64,000 bases of DNA from Chthoniobacterales bacterium (GTDB lineage Bacteria; Verrucomicrobiota; Verrucomicrobiia; Chthoniobacterales; Chthoniobacteraceae): assembly GCA_038207335.1 (NCBI GenBank), contig JBBQZX010000003.1, forward strand, positions 128,001 to 192,000, read 5' to 3'. Below the pieces are notes generated by a model. It saw only the letters and a program-made list of their open reading frames with translations, did no database searches and was not told the origin of the DNA. Below are positions 17,012 to 28,225 of the stretch, in pieces; position 1 is the stretch's first letter; each line of letters opens with the position of its first letter. A program made the translations under genes and the position numbers.

Positions 17012-18385
17012 TCAGGATTTGTATTCCTGATTTTTCACGATGCCGGGCTCGGGGACCGGGTAGCGGCCGTTCTTGTCGGAGGCGACCGGTGGCGGGCTGT
17101 CCATCGTGAATTTATCCGCGTCGGGGGCGAAGGCTTGCGGGCAGTTGAGCATGTCGTCCCACGAGATTTCCTGCCCGGTGTGCGCGGCCATGCGGCCCAT
17201 GGAGGTGGCGACGCTGGCATCGACGCCACGCTTGACTTCGTTGTATGGGCGGTCTTCGCGAATGGCGGATACGAGTGCGTCCCATTCGTTCTGGTAGGGA
17301 TTCGAGGTGTCGGTGCTCTGCCAGATCATGTTTGCGCGGTCTTGCGCCTGGCCTTTGTAGGTGCTCGACGGGGTGCCGCAGTCGCCATTTTTCGAGATGA
17401 CTGCGAGGCCTTTCGTGCCGTGCGCGTAGCTGGAGTAGAGGGGCAGGGCGCCGACCATGCAGCGACCGTCCATGAGGAATTTCGTGTTGTCGGCGAAGGT
17501 GTATTCGACGGCGTAGCTGTCGAAGTTCTGATCGACGTAGTCGTAGCGGTAGTGCCGTCCGCCGAGCGCCTGGGCTTTGACGGGCCACGCGTTTTTCATC
17601 CAGCAGCAGTGGTCGATGTGATGGATGTAGAAGTCGCTGTAGCAGCCGCCGCTCGCCCAGATGAAGCTGTGGAAGCGGCTGATCTGCCAGAGCAGTTCGC
17701 TCGGAGTGCCGGGCCATTTTTCGGAGAAAGCGGACGCGAGCGGGCCCGCCATGCGGTAGCCGCGCATGAGGGTGATGTCGCCGATTTCGCCATTCTGAAT
17801 GCGGTCGTGGAGCTCGATGAGCGCCTTGCTGTGGCGCGACATGAGGCCAACGCCGACCTTGAGGTTCTTCTTCTCGGACTGCTCGGCGAGCGCATACATT
17901 TTCTTCGCGCTCGGCCCGTCGGCGATGAGCGGCTTTTCCATGAAGACGTTGAGGCCTTTCTCGATGGCGTAGGCAAAGTGGACCCAGCGGAAGGCGAGCG
18001 GCGTGGTGAAGATGGCGATGCTGCCGGGCTTGAGCGCGTCCATGGCGTGCTTGTAGCCGTCGAAGCCGATGAACTGCCGATCTTGCGGTACGTCCATGCG
18101 GTCGGCGTGAACGTTCTTCAATGTGTCGTGGCTGGTCTTGAGACGCTTTTCAAAGACGTCGGCCATGGCGACGAGCTTGAGAGGCGGGCCGGAGACGGAG
18201 AGTGCGTTGTCGGCAGCGCCGGTGCCGCGCCCTCCGCAGCCGACGAGGGCGACCTGAATGGTGTTGTCCTCGGCGGCGTGGACGAATGGGATTTTCACTC
18301 CGGCGAGCGCGGAGACGGCGGCGATTTTCGTCGTGGTCTTGATGAAGTGACGACGGGTGGAGGACGGATCGGTGGGTAGGATCAT
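17012..18385 (-). CDS. Tat-exported Gfo/Idh/MocA family oxidoreductase
   Basis: TRRHFIK Tat motif, ALVGCGGRGTGA Rossmann motif, VFMEKP. Confidence 0.92.
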   Translation of the reverse strand: MILPTDPSSTRRHFIKTTTKIAAVSALAGVKIPFVHAAEDNTIQVALVGCGGRGTGAADNALSVSGPPLKLVAMADVFEKRLKTSHDTLKNVHADRMDVPQDRQFIGFDGYKHAMDALKPGSIAIFTTPLAFRWVHFAYAIEKGLNVFMEKPLIADGPSAKKMYALAEQSEKKNLKVGVGLMSRHSKALIELHDRIQNGEIGDITLMRGYRMAGPLASAFSEKWPGTPSELLWQISRFHSFIWASGGCYSDFYIHHIDHCCWMKNAWPVKAQALGGRHYRYDYVDQNFDSYAVEYTFADNTKFLMDGRCMVGALPLYSSYAHGTKGLAVISKNGDCGTPSSTYKGQAQDRANMIWQSTDTSNPYQNEWDALVSAIREDRPYNEVKRGVDASVATSMGRMAAHTGQEISWDDMLNCPQAFAPDADKFTMDSPPPVASDKNGRYPVPEPGIVKNQEYKS

Positions 18386-18487
18386 GGTGAGAGGGTGAGT
18401 GTGAGGCGTGGGTCGGGTCAACCGCGCACGCAGAAAAACGAAAGGCTATTCGTCATTCACGAGAGGTGATTTTCGCCGCTCGTGCGG

Positions 18488-19087
18488 CTACAAAACTCCG
18501 TGCGCCGCGAGGTCGGCGAGGAGGGCGTCGTGGCGGTCGTGATGGTAGTGGTGGCAGACGAAGCCGAGGCTGCGCGCGGTCTCGATGTTCGGCAAAAGGT
18601 CGTCGATGAAGAATGTGCTGGCGGGCTCGATCGAGAGTTCGCGGCAGGCGATGTCGAAGATTTCGCGGCCCGGCTTCGAGGTTTTGACGGCGTAGCTGTA
18701 GATGCCCGCGGTGAATCGGGAAAAGAACGGGTATCGGCGGAAAACGTAGTCGCGGTGGATGTCGCCGGTGTTGCTCAAAAGGTAGAGCGGGTAGCGGCCG
18801 TGGAGCTGCTCGACGAGCGCGATCATCGGCTCGTTCGGCTCGAAGATTTCTTCCCACGCGGCGACGAAATCGGCCTCGGTGCCGGTGTAGCTGAGCACGT
18901 CGAAAGCGGCTCGCAGAAAGGCCGCGCGGTCGATCTGGCCGTCTTCGTATCCGATCTTAATGCGCTCGACGGCGGCGAGGATTTCGACGGGGTCGTGGAT
19001 TTTGCTGTGCGCGGCGACGGCTCGGAGTGCGAGCGAAAAGTCGAATCGCAGGAGGACGTTCCCGATGTCAAAAAGGACGGCGCGCAT
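18488..19087 (-). CDS. HAD-superfamily phosphatase (YihX-like)
   Basis: FDIGNVL, LLSNT, KP, FIDD motifs. Confidence 0.92.
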   Translation of the reverse strand: MRAVLFDIGNVLLRFDFSLALRAVAAHSKIHDPVEILAAVERIKIGYEDGQIDRAAFLRAAFDVLSYTGTEADFVAAWEEIFEPNEPMIALVEQLHGRYPLYLLSNTGDIHRDYVFRRYPFFSRFTAGIYSYAVKTSKPGREIFDIACRELSIEPASTFFIDDLLPNIETARSLGFVCHHYHHDRHDALLADLAAHGVL

Positions 19088-19100
19088 TTGAAAACGAGGT

Positions 19101-20180
19101 TCAGGATTTTCCGCTGACGAATGCCGCGATCTTCAGGGCGGCGTCGGGGCGACTGAGTTGGGTAATGTTTTTCTCCCACTCACGCCACTCGCGCGCGTCG
19201 TCGGCGAAGAGTCGTGAGGTCGTCTCGGCGAGGCGCGCGGTGGTGGGGCAGAGTTCGCCGCAGCGGTTCTCGATGAGCAGGCGCGCGTTGCCTTCCTCCT
19301 GGCCCGGGATGACCTGCGTCATGAGCATCGGCGTGCACGCGGCGATCGTCTCTTGCACGGCTGCACCGCCGGCTTTTCCGATGAGAAGATGATGCGTCAT
19401 CAGCAGCTCGGGCATCCGGTCGGTCCAGCCATGAATCTCGATGGGACGGCCATTCGCGGCCGATTCGATGCGCGCGCGGAGCGCCTCGTCCTTGCCGACG
19501 GTGACGGTGAGATGGATGCGCGGGATTTCCAAAAGGCGCGCGACGATTCCGGGCGCGGCGGCCTTGCCGGCATTGATCATGAAGAGCACGCGCGGCGGCG
19601 TCTCGGCGCTCGGCGAGGGGCGAGCGGGGCGGTCGTTCGCGAATTTCGGCGGCACGGGAAATCCGAGCACGCGCAGCTTTTCCTCGGGCACTCCGGCGCG
19701 CGCCATAACGCGGGAGGTGTCGGCATTTGCGACGATGAATGTGTCGCTCGCGCAGCGGTGCCAGACTCTGTTGATGGTGATCGAATCGGTGACGACTGTG
19801 TGGACTGCAAAAGGCGGATTTTTTCCCGAGAAGATGCGCTCGATGAAGTAGCCGTATGCCGGATAAACCGAGATCACGGCGGACGGCTTTTTCGCGGCCA
19901 GTGCGGCGGCGAGTGCGCGCTGGACTTTGCCGAGAAAGGGGAGTGTGAGCGGGACGATCGGCAGCTTGTCGATGAGCCAAAATGCGGCGGCCCAGACGTG
20001 CGGCGCGCGATTGATGAGGCCGATGTAGGCGCGGCGGCTGCGATCGTACGAGGCGTCGCCGACGAGAGCGAATGCGTCGCAGATCTCCGACTCAACGCCG
20101 AGCAGCGTGAACGCTGCGTGGAGCCCGCGCGCGGCGGCGTTGTGACCTTCGCCGTATCCGGCGGTGAGGATGAGAATCAT
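19101..20180 (-). CDS. MGDG synthase / UgtP-like GT28 glycosyltransferase
   Basis: TAGYGEGHNAAA, VVTD, IGKAGG, PGQEEGNA. Start ATG 20180. Confidence 0.88.
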   Translation of the reverse strand: MILILTAGYGEGHNAAARGLHAAFTLLGVESEICDAFALVGDASYDRSRRAYIGLINRAPHVWAAAFWLIDKLPIVPLTLPFLGKVQRALAAALAAKKPSAVISVYPAYGYFIERIFSGKNPPFAVHTVVTDSITINRVWHRCASDTFIVANADTSRVMARAGVPEEKLRVLGFPVPPKFANDRPARPSPSAETPPRVLFMINAGKAAAPGIVARLLEIPRIHLTVTVGKDEALRARIESAANGRPIEIHGWTDRMPELLMTHHLLIGKAGGAAVQETIAACTPMLMTQVIPGQEEGNARLLIENRCGELCPTTARLAETTSRLFADDAREWREWEKNITQLSRPDAALKIAAFVSGKS

Positions 20181-20336
20181 GGTGAAAACTGCGGAGTGAG
20201 CCGGGCGCCGGAGCAATAGGGAAGCAGGAATGCGAGCGAACACGGGCGATCGCCGCGAAACGAAAAGCCTCTGCCTCGCGTTCCTGCTCGGCTTTATTGC
20301 ACGCATGGAGCAGGAAGGGCGGTGCGCTTCCCCGAG

Positions 20337-20357
20337 TTTCCACTTTCCACTTTCCAC
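20337..20357 (+). repeat. Heptamer tandem repeat (TTTCCAC)x3
   Basis: Three exact copies in the divergent intergenic region. Confidence 0.8.
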
Positions 20358-20394
20358 GGGTCACTCTAGCTTTCGAGTCAACCCCACTTCCTCC

Positions 20395-21072
20395 ATGAAA
20401 AAGTCCGCCTTCACTCTAATTGAACTTCTCGTCGTCATTGCGATTATCGCGCTCCTCGCAGGCATCGCATTGCCTGTTTTCCAAAAAGCGCAGGAAAGAG
20501 GTCGCGCGACAAACGATGCCGCGAACCTGCGGCAGGTCGGCCTCGGTTTGCAGGCGTATCTGCTGGATAACGACGACCAGATGTTCGCTATTGCGGGTGC
20601 TGCGGGGAGCGGGGGGTCTCCCGTGACTTGGCCTGTTACGATGCACGATAAGTACGTGACTAACTGGAAGGTGTTTCACTCGCCGTTTGACTCGCGCCCT
20701 GCTGTGGAAAAAGCGCCTGCGCCTGTCAGCTACGCGATCAACACGAATGTTTTCGCTCCTTCCGATCCATCGAAGAGCTCCTACAAAGGGAATGCATCCC
20801 AATTCGTCTCGCCCTCGGAATTGATCATGATGGCGCCGAATCCGGACAAGACGCCGAAGAAGGTTTCGTTCAGCGACACTTCCCTGCAAAATCCAATCCT
20901 CGAGCAGCCAAATCCCGGTTCCAAGCTCGGCACTCACAGCAACCGCAATCAGATCAATGTGCTTTACGGCGATGCCCATGTGGCTGGCCTGGTGTGGGGC
21001 GAATACTCCGATACCGCGTCGGAGGAAGGATTGCGCCGCTGGCAGCCGCTGGGCGCGTTGCCAACGCAGTAG
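20395..21072 (+). CDS. Prepilin-type N-terminal cleavage/methylation protein, H-X9-DG-like
   Basis: [36 protein letters not shown]-terminal H...NVLYGDAHV. Confidence 0.9.
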   Translation: MKKSAFTLIELLVVIAIIALLAGIALPVFQKAQERGRATNDAANLRQVGLGLQAYLLDNDDQMFAIAGAAGSGGSPVTWPVTMHDKYVTNWKVFHSPFDSRPAVEKAPAPVSYAINTNVFAPSDPSKSSYKGNASQFVSPSELIMMAPNPDKTPKKVSFSDTSLQNPILEQPNPGSKLGTHSNRNQINVLYGDAHVAGLVWGEYSDTASEEGLRRWQPLGALPTQ

Positions 21073-21075
21073 TTT

Positions 21076-21648
21076 TCAGTCCGCGAAATCGCGCTCCAAG
21101 TTGATGCACGCTGCGAGCATCCGCCGGTAGGTCGAGCGCGATATTTCTCTCGCCCCGAAAGTGCGCAGGTGGCTCGTGGACCACTGCGTATCGAGCAGCG
21201 CGAATTCCCGTTGCCGCAGCCGCTCGACGAGCCCGTACAGAGCGACTTTCGACGCATCGGTTACACGATGGAACATCGACTCGCCGAAAAACGCGCCGCC
21301 GATCGCGACGCCGTACAGTCCGCCCGCGAGTTGATCGCCGAGCCAGGTCTCCACCGAGTGCGCAACCCCGAGTCGATGCAACTCGCGGTAGCTTTTCGCA
21401 ATCTCGTCACTGATCCACGTTTCCTCCCGGTTTGCGCAGGCGCGCAAAACCTCGGGAAAAGCGGTATTCACGCGCACCTCGAATGTGCCTTTTTTCAACG
21501 TCCGCCGGAGTCCATGTGGCACGTGAAACGCATCGATTGGGATGATCGTGCGCGGGTCCGGCGAGAACCATCCGATCTCGCCCCCATCCATCGCCATCGG
21601 AAAAACGGAACTGCGGTAGGCGTGGATCAGCAGTTCGGGCGAAAGCAT
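21076..21648 (-). CDS. aat: Leucyl/phenylalanyl-tRNA--protein transferase
   Basis: AY..VFPM, WFSPDPR, TWI, AHSVETW, GGLYGV, FFGESMFH, DASKVAL. Confidence 0.93.
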   Translation of the reverse strand: MLSPELLIHAYRSSVFPMAMDGGEIGWFSPDPRTIIPIDAFHVPHGLRRTLKKGTFEVRVNTAFPEVLRACANREETWISDEIAKSYRELHRLGVAHSVETWLGDQLAGGLYGVAIGGAFFGESMFHRVTDASKVALYGLVERLRQREFALLDTQWSTSHLRTFGAREISRSTYRRMLAACINLERDFAD

Positions 21649-21761
21649 TTGGCACCGCGAGGAATGCCGCAGCCATGCGAAAAATCGAAGCAAGAAAAGA
21701 TGGAAGCCACCGGCATTGCGCCGCTCTTGCCACGCGCCGCGCGAGTGCCTATCACGACGCG

Positions 21762-21953
21762 ATGAAACCTTTTCTCGCCTCACTCCTCCTCGCCGGCGCG
21801 TGCATCGCCTTCGTCGGCTGCGAATCTGAACTCCCGTCCACCGAACAACCGGGCCAGAAACTCGAGCGCGGCCTCACTGGCCAGGGAACCGTCTATCAGC
21901 CCGACAAATCGAACGACCCGATCATCCGCGAAGAGACCCGCGTCGGCAACTAG
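21762..21953 (+). CDS. Small lipoprotein (63 aa) upstream of guaA
   Basis: [20 protein letters not shown] lipobox. Promoter TTGCCA-N17-TATCAC ends 6 nt before the ATG. Stop is 1 nt before the guaA start. Confidence 0.7.
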   Translation: MKPFLASLLLAGACIAFVGCESELPSTEQPGQKLERGLTGQGTVYQPDKSNDPIIREETRVGN

Positions 21954-21954
21954 C

Positions 21955-23523
21955 ATGGCCGTCGCAGCAGCTTCAAAAGTCGTCATCCTCGATTTCGGCT
22001 CGCAGTACACGCAGGTCATCGCGCGCCGCGTCCGCGAGTGCCAGGTCTTCTCCGAGATCGTTCGCTACGATCTCCCGGCGGATGAAATCGTCGCGCTGAA
22101 GCCCGACGGGATCATCCTCAGCGGCGGCCCCGCCAGCGTGTATGGAAAAGACGCGCCGCAGCTCGATCCCGCGATCTTCGACATCGGTGTGCCCATCCTC
22201 GGCATCTGCTACGGGATGCAGCTCATGGCGCATCATCTCGGTGGAAAAGTGGAGCACTCCGAGCGCCGCGAATACGGTTCCGGCCAACTCACCGTCGTCG
22301 CGCCGGAGTGCCCTCTTTTTCACGGACTCGGCGAGCACGTCGATATTTGGAATTCGCACGGCGACAAGCTCACGAAAATCCCGCGCGGCTTCCGCGCGGC
22401 GGCGAAAACCGACAACTCCGAGTACGCCGCGATCGAGCATCCGAAGAAGCGTTTTTTTGGCCTGCAATTTCATCCCGAAGTGGCGCACATGCCGCGCGGA
22501 AAAGAACTCATCCAGAATTTCGTGTACGAAATTTGCGGATGCAAAATGGACTGGACGACGGGCTCTTTCATCGACCAGACGTGCGATGAAATCCGCGCTC
22601 AGGTCGGTGCCGATCACGTCATCCTCGGCCTCAGCGGCGGAGTCGATTCCAGCGTCGCGGCCGCGCTTTTGCACAAAGCGATTGGAGATCAACTGACGTG
22701 CGTTTTCGTCAATAACGGCCTGCTGCGCGCGAACGAAGCTGAGACCGTTCAGCGTGTCTTCGGCGACAACTTTCAACTGAAGCTCAAATACGTCGATGCC
22801 AGCGCGCGCTTCCTCAAAAAGCTCAAAGGGGTGACCGACCCCGAGCGCAAACGCAAAATCATCGGAAAGGAATTTGTGCGCGTGTTTGAAGACGCGACCA
22901 AGTCGCTGACCAAAACGGGCAAGTCGAAATTCAAGTTCCTCGCGCAGGGCACGCTTTATCCCGACGTGATCGAAAGCGTCGCCATCGGCGGCAATCCCGC
23001 CGCGCTCATCAAGTCGCACCACAACGTCGGCGGGCTGCCAAAGAACATGAAGTTCAAGCTCGTCGAGCCGCTGCGCCAGCTCTTCAAAGACGAGGTGCGG
23101 CTCGTCGGCGCGCAACTCGGCTTGCCGCCGGAAATCGTGCAGCGCCAGCCCTTTCCGGGCCCGGGCCTCGCCGTCCGCATCCTCGGCGACATCACCCGCG
23201 AGCGGCTCCGCATCCTGCGCGAGGCGGATACGATCGTCGTGAGTGAGATGAAGGCGAGCGACTGGTATTACAAAGTCTGGCAAAGCTTCGCCGTGCTGCT
23301 GCCGGTGCGCAGCGTCGGCGTGATGGGCGACGAGCGGACGTATGAAAACACAATCGCCGTCCGCATCGTCGAGAGCCAGGACGGCATGACCGCCGATTGG
23401 GTGCGGCTGCCGTATGAGCTGCTCGCGCGCATTTCCACGCGCATCATCAATGAGGTGAAAGGCGTGAATCGCGTCTGCTACGACATCTCGAGCAAGCCAC
23501 CCGCGACGATCGAGTGGGAATAG
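21955..23523 (+). CDS. guaA: GMP synthase (glutamine-hydrolysing)
   Basis: [49 protein letters not shown]. Confidence 0.99.
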   Translation: MAVAAASKVVILDFGSQYTQVIARRVRECQVFSEIVRYDLPADEIVALKPDGIILSGGPASVYGKDAPQLDPAIFDIGVPILGICYGMQLMAHHLGGKVEHSERREYGSGQLTVVAPECPLFHGLGEHVDIWNSHGDKLTKIPRGFRAAAKTDNSEYAAIEHPKKRFFGLQFHPEVAHMPRGKELIQNFVYEICGCKMDWTTGSFIDQTCDEIRAQVGADHVILGLSGGVDSSVAAALLHKAIGDQLTCVFVNNGLLRANEAETVQRVFGDNFQLKLKYVDASARFLKKLKGVTDPERKRKIIGKEFVRVFEDATKSLTKTGKSKFKFLAQGTLYPDVIESVAIGGNPAALIKSHHNVGGLPKNMKFKLVEPLRQLFKDEVRLVGAQLGLPPEIVQRQPFPGPGLAVRILGDITRERLRILREADTIVVSEMKASDWYYKVWQSFAVLLPVRSVGVMGDERTYENTIAVRIVESQDGMTADWVRLPYELLARISTRIINEVKGVNRVCYDISSKPPATIEWE

Positions 23524-23551
23524 GAATCCGCTGACCTAGGAGCTCGTGCCG

Positions 23552-25414
23552 CTATCTCAAGCCGGTCGCGTTGGAGCTGAAGGTTAGCCGATTGACCTGG
23601 AAAGCTGGGTTGGTGGAAATCGGAGTGAACTCCTTTTTGTCTAAGCCGATGATCTCGGCGATCACGACGATCCCGTTACTTTTGAGGCTCGGTCGCACCG
23701 TCCCGGCCAATGACGTGGACAAGGCGATGGGATCAAGAATCCAGAACTGCGTCGTCTGGCTTGCCGGCCCGCCCACGGGCAACACTCCGTCGAGTTGCGA
23801 GTTCGGGCCGAGCCCGGTCAACTCGAGGGTGACGCGGTCCCCATCGCGGTCGGTAAATTTCAGCGTCGTGCCGGAGAAGACCTTGAACATTTGCACGAGA
23901 TCGCCGCCCGGGCGGCGGTTGCGATTCCCATCGAGGAGATTGCCCGCGAGGTCTTTGACCCCTTCCGGCCGAGTGCGCGTGGCTCGCGAGCCATTGATGC
24001 GCAACGCCATGCGCTTGAAATTCGTCTGCATGAACGGCGTGAGCGTGAGCGTCACCTTGCGCCCGACGGAGTCGTAGACCGCCGATTCGAACGTCAGCAC
24101 TTGGTTTCTGCCGCGCTTCGGGACGGCCGTCAGCCGGTAGTTGTTCACGTTCGTCGCGGTGGTCGGATCCAAGTCTTCGTTGAAGTGAACCACGGCGCCG
24201 CTGATCCCGCGACTCGGCCCCGTCAGGCCGATGAATTCAACCAATGGCCCGACGAGGTCCGGACGGTCGTTCGCGTTGATCCGCAGCTCGGCGACGCTCG
24301 GTGAACCGAGCGTCCCCGGACCGGTGACGCCGGTGAGATAAAGTCCGACGAACTCGTCTTCTTCGGGAAAGATATCGTCCACCACCGGTACTTGGAACGT
24401 CTTGGTGTCCTCGCCCGGGCCGAAAGTCAACGTGCCCGCCGCCGTCGCGTAATCGCTCGCCGCCGAGGCCGTCCCGCTGAAAGTGCTGTATTGCACGGAA
24501 ACGGTCGTGTTGAGAAAGCCCTCGCGCTTTACCGTGATGACAGCGATGCCTCCACCCTCGCTGATCGCGTACTTCTCCGCTGAGAACGCGATCGTCGGCG
24601 CGACGGCGATATCGCGGATGGGAATGGTCCCATCGCCGATGGGTCCGTGCGAATCGCCCAAGCCCGTCAGCGGATCGACCGTCACGAGGACATACTCCAC
24701 GGGAGTGCCGGGGACGGCGTGTTTCCCGCCGGCGTAAGCCGTGCCATCCGAGGCGATGTCAAACCCGACGTGCGTGGCATTGACGACGCCAAAGTCCGCC
24801 GCAGAAAAGAGCGTTCCGTTGTTCGCCGGAGTCTGCAGGACGATCTGAAAAGTCGAATCATCGATCCCATAAAGCGCCGTCACGCCAGCCACCGCCGGTA
24901 GGTAAGCCACATCGCCGACGTTGGGATTCGCGCCCGCGTAGACATCACCGGCGTCGTAGGCGAGCGTGCCGTCCGTGTTCACCGAGCCAGTGTCAACGTT
25001 GATGCGGAGGTTCTGCTCAGCGTTGCTCACCACACGCAAACGATCGACGACGGGATTGAAATCGACGCCGAAATTCGACCCGTTCAGCGACGTGAAAGGG
25101 TCGGCACCGGAGGCTGTCAACGTCGCCACTTTCGTCGCGACTCCGGTTGCGGGATTGATTGTGTAGATCCCATTGCCATCGGTGATCGCGTAGAGTTGGC
25201 CATTTGCGGGTCGCACATCGATGCCCACGATGGCGTTGCCGGGATCCAATCCGGAGATCGGCTGGACGCTGAGAATGTTTTGCGGCACCGCCCCGTCCAC
25301 GACCAAAAGCCGACTCGGATTTTCATCCGTGAGCGCGTAAACGCTGACCGCTCGGGCGGAGGGCACGCATTGAGCGACGAATACAACCGCGAGAGAGCAG
25401 AGGATGGTTTTCAT
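23552..25414 (-). CDS. Secreted DUF4394 + Calx-beta domain protein
   Basis: Signal peptide. GIDVRPANGQLY and GVDFNPVVDRLRVVS (DUF4394). DY..AAGTLTFGPGEDTKT...DD..EEDE (Calx-beta). Confidence 0.85.
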   Translation of the reverse strand: MKTILCSLAVVFVAQCVPSARAVSVYALTDENPSRLLVVDGAVPQNILSVQPISGLDPGNAIVGIDVRPANGQLYAITDGNGIYTINPATGVATKVATLTASGADPFTSLNGSNFGVDFNPVVDRLRVVSNAEQNLRINVDTGSVNTDGTLAYDAGDVYAGANPNVGDVAYLPAVAGVTALYGIDDSTFQIVLQTPANNGTLFSAADFGVVNATHVGFDIASDGTAYAGGKHAVPGTPVEYVLVTVDPLTGLGDSHGPIGDGTIPIRDIAVAPTIAFSAEKYAISEGGGIAVITVKREGFLNTTVSVQYSTFSGTASAASDYATAAGTLTFGPGEDTKTFQVPVVDDIFPEEDEFVGLYLTGVTGPGTLGSPSVAELRINANDRPDLVGPLVEFIGLTGPSRGISGAVVHFNEDLDPTTATNVNNYRLTAVPKRGRNQVLTFESAVYDSVGRKVTLTLTPFMQTNFKRMALRINGSRATRTRPEGVKDLAGNLLDGNRNRRPGGDLVQMFKVFSGTTLKFTDRDGDRVTLELTGLGPNSQLDGVLPVGGPASQTTQFWILDPIALSTSLAGTVRPSLKSNGIVVIAEIIGLDKKEFTPISTNPAFQVNRLTFSSNATGLR

Positions 25415-25608
25415 GGGGTTTGTCGTGTTCCTTGAGCGAGCCTGAAGCGCGGAAGCAAGACCGCCCCGCACCGGCGGTGCAATTCGGCATCTGTGCATAC
25501 GCAAAAGTCAACTCCAGAATGCGTCGGCGCGATTCCAGCCTTCGCGGTGGGGGGCTATGCTCGCCGCGCTTGTCTCCCTGCGGTTCGAGCGGCAACGTGC
25601 GCGCCGTG

Positions 25609-26928
25609 ATGATGACACATCCTTGGATTTCACCCCGGCAATTTCTCTCCTCCGACTTCCGAGCAAGAGCGAGGCAAGCGCTGGAGGCTTGCTGGGGGCA
25701 CGCGTTGGTTCTGCTGATTCTCAGCATCCCCGCGCTAGCTGGGGAAATGGAATGGCCGCAATTTCGCGGCCCTACTGGCGAGGGGCTTTCCGCGGCGAAA
25801 CACGTCCCGGTCGCGTGGAGCGCGACTGAGCATGTCGCGTGGAAAGTCGAAGTCCCCGGAGCTGGCTGGTCGTCGCCACTCGTCTCGAAAAATCGCATCT
25901 ATCTCACCACCGCCGTCGCTCCCGCGGGCGGCGAACTCACGCTCCACGCGATGTGCTTCGACCTCGCGGACGGGCGCGTGATTTGGGACACCGAGGTATT
26001 CAAGCCCGAGCCCGGCAGTGCGGCGCGCATGCACCGCAAAAACTCACCCGCGAGTCCGTCGCCGATCGTCACGGGCGACCGCCTGTTCGTGCATTTCGGG
26101 CACATGGGCACCGCCGCGCTCGACCTCTCCGGCAAGGTCCTCTGGCAGCAAAATGAACTCACCTATGCGCCAGTCCACGGCACCGGCGGCTCGCCGATTC
26201 TCGTTGGTGACGAACTGGTTTTCAGCGCGGACGGCGAGCGCGATCCCTTCATCGCCGCGCTCGATGCAAAGACCGGTGCGATCAAGTGGAAGACCCCGCG
26301 CAACTCGCCTGCACACAAGCAGTTCTCCTTTTCCACACCGCTCGCGATCGAGGTCGGTGGCGTGCAGGAAATCATCAGCCCCGGCAGCGGCTTCGTCGGC
26401 GGGTATGCTCCCGGCGATGGCCACGAAATCTGGCGCGTGGCCTACGGCGAAGGCTACTCCGTCGTCCCGCGCCCGGTCTTCGCTCACGGCCTGCTTTTCG
26501 TCAGTTCGAGCTTCGACGTGCCGACGCTCTACGCGATCAAACCCGCCGGCGCGACCGGCGACTCCACAGCGACGAACATCGCGTGGACTCTGAAGAAAGG
26601 CGCGCCGCACACCGCCTCCACGCTCGTCCTCGGCGATGAAATTTATGTCGTCTCCGACGCCGGCATTGCCACCTGCGCCGATGCGAAAAGCGGCGAAGTC
26701 CACTGGACCGAACGCCTCGGCGGTAACTTCTCCGCGTCGCCCTTTGCCGCCGAAGACCGCATCTATTTTCAAAATGAAACCGGTACCACGAGTGTGGTGA
26801 AAGCTGACACTGCATTCACGCTTCTGCAGAAAAACGACCTCGGTGAACGAACCCTCGCATCGCCCGCGGTGATCGACGGCGCGGTCATCCTCCGCTCCGA
26901 AAATCACCTATGGAAAATCGCGGGGTAA
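25609..26928 (+). CDS. PQQ-like beta-propeller repeat protein (start uncertain)
   Basis: WPQFRGPTGEG, GWSSP and repeated ALD..G...W propeller blades. Confidence 0.88.
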   Translation: MMTHPWISPRQFLSSDFRARARQALEACWGHALVLLILSIPALAGEMEWPQFRGPTGEGLSAAKHVPVAWSATEHVAWKVEVPGAGWSSPLVSKNRIYLTTAVAPAGGELTLHAMCFDLADGRVIWDTEVFKPEPGSAARMHRKNSPASPSPIVTGDRLFVHFGHMGTAALDLSGKVLWQQNELTYAPVHGTGGSPILVGDELVFSADGERDPFIAALDAKTGAIKWKTPRNSPAHKQFSFSTPLAIEVGGVQEIISPGSGFVGGYAPGDGHEIWRVAYGEGYSVVPRPVFAHGLLFVSSSFDVPTLYAIKPAGATGDSTATNIAWTLKKGAPHTASTLVLGDEIYVVSDAGIATCADAKSGEVHWTERLGGNFSASPFAAEDRIYFQNETGTTSVVKADTAFTLLQKNDLGERTLASPAVIDGAVILRSENHLWKIAG

Positions 26929-26975
26929 CCGATGGTTCGGCGGCAAATCCTTGCCCGTTCCTCGTGCTTCTTTCC

Positions 26976-27440
26976 ATGATAGAATCATCCACCATCGTTC
27001 AAACTGCGCTGCAACATGCCGCAAGCATTCACGTCATTGTGCCGCGCGATGAGGTTCAAAATGTCATGGGGCCTACCATCGGCGAAGTCTTCCGAGCAGT
27101 TGCCGCGCAGGAGGTTTCGCTGACTGGCCCGTGGTTCACGCATCACTTCCGGAGACCTGGTGATACCTTCGATTTTGAAGCGTGCGTACCGGTCGCGACA
27201 CCTATCGCTCCGGTAGGCCGCGTGCAGCCCAGTCAATGGCCGGAAATGCGCGTCGTGCGCACTGTTTATCACGGGCCTTACGAAGGTCTCGGAGAGGCTT
27301 GGGCAGAGTTTCTCGATCGCATCGAAGCGGACGGGCTCAAGATTGCCGAAGACCTTTGGGAATGCTACCTCACTGGTCGCGAGTCGGATTCCGATCCGAC
27401 GCGATGGCGTACGCAACTCAGCAAGCGACTGCTGGACTAG
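26976..27440 (+). CDS. GyrI-like small-molecule-binding domain protein
   Basis: FEACVPV, YHGPYEGLGEAW, WECYLTG...D...WRT. Confidence 0.85.
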   Translation: MIESSTIVQTALQHAASIHVIVPRDEVQNVMGPTIGEVFRAVAAQEVSLTGPWFTHHFRRPGDTFDFEACVPVATPIAPVGRVQPSQWPEMRVVRTVYHGPYEGLGEAWAEFLDRIEADGLKIAEDLWECYLTGRESDSDPTRWRTQLSKRLLD

Positions 27441-27447
27441 GACTGCG

Positions 27448-28155
27448 ATGATGCGTCTTTGGATCGGAACTTCTGGATTCCAGTATCCTGAGTGGAAGGG
27501 GAAATTCTACCCGGAGAAGATGCCGTTGAGCAAGATGCTGTCCTCCTACGCCGAACGGCTGAGCAGCACGGAAAGCAACTACTCCTTTCGCACGATTCCG
27601 AGTCGCAAGACGATCGACAAATGGAGTGCAGCTACGCCGCCGGACTTTCGATTTAGCTTCAAGGCATTGCAGAGAATCACGCATTTCGCGCGGTTGAAGA
27701 ACTGCGCCGAGATCACGCGGGAATTTTACGATGGCATCGCACCGATGGGAGCGAAACTGGGAGCGATGCTATTTCAACTGCCGCCAAACTTCAAACGCGA
27801 CGTGGAGTTGTTGACTGCCTTTCTGAAGCAGCTTCCGAGAAATATGCGCGCGACCTTTGAGTTTCGCCATGAGTCTTGGTTCGAGGACGAAGTCTTTGCC
27901 TGTCTCCGCGACCACAGCGCTGCTCTCTGCATCGCGGAGGATGAGAAGCTCGCGACTCCGCCGGTGGTGACTGCGAGCTTCGGCTACCTGCGTTTGCGTC
28001 GCACCGACTACCAGCGCGCCGACATCGAGCGATGGGTTGAATTCGTGAAGAAGCAGACGATTTGGAATGAAGCGTTTGTCTATTTCAAACACGAAGAGAC
28101 GGGCGTCGGAGCGGAATTCGCTCTGGCATTCCAAGAATTGACAGCGGTGCGGTGA
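27448..28155 (+). CDS. DUF72 family protein
   Basis: IGTSGFQYPEW.G.FYP, ESNYSF, LFQLPP, EFRHESW, YLRLR. Confidence 0.92.
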   Translation: MMRLWIGTSGFQYPEWKGKFYPEKMPLSKMLSSYAERLSSTESNYSFRTIPSRKTIDKWSAATPPDFRFSFKALQRITHFARLKNCAEITREFYDGIAPMGAKLGAMLFQLPPNFKRDVELLTAFLKQLPRNMRATFEFRHESWFEDEVFACLRDHSAALCIAEDEKLATPPVVTASFGYLRLRRTDYQRADIERWVEFVKKQTIWNEAFVYFKHEETGVGAEFALAFQELTAVR

Positions 28156-28225
28156 CACGTTGCGACCAGAGGACTTGCGAGTTTGACAGGGCGCGGAGCG
28201 AGCGGGCAAAGTTGAGAACTTTCCC

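Noticed and set aside
25482..25511. Half-match to the ArsR-type palindrome upstream of the DUF4394 gene (GTGCATACGCA next to a minus-strand TTGACT)
   Set aside because: Only one half-site matches, too weak to claim a shared regulon
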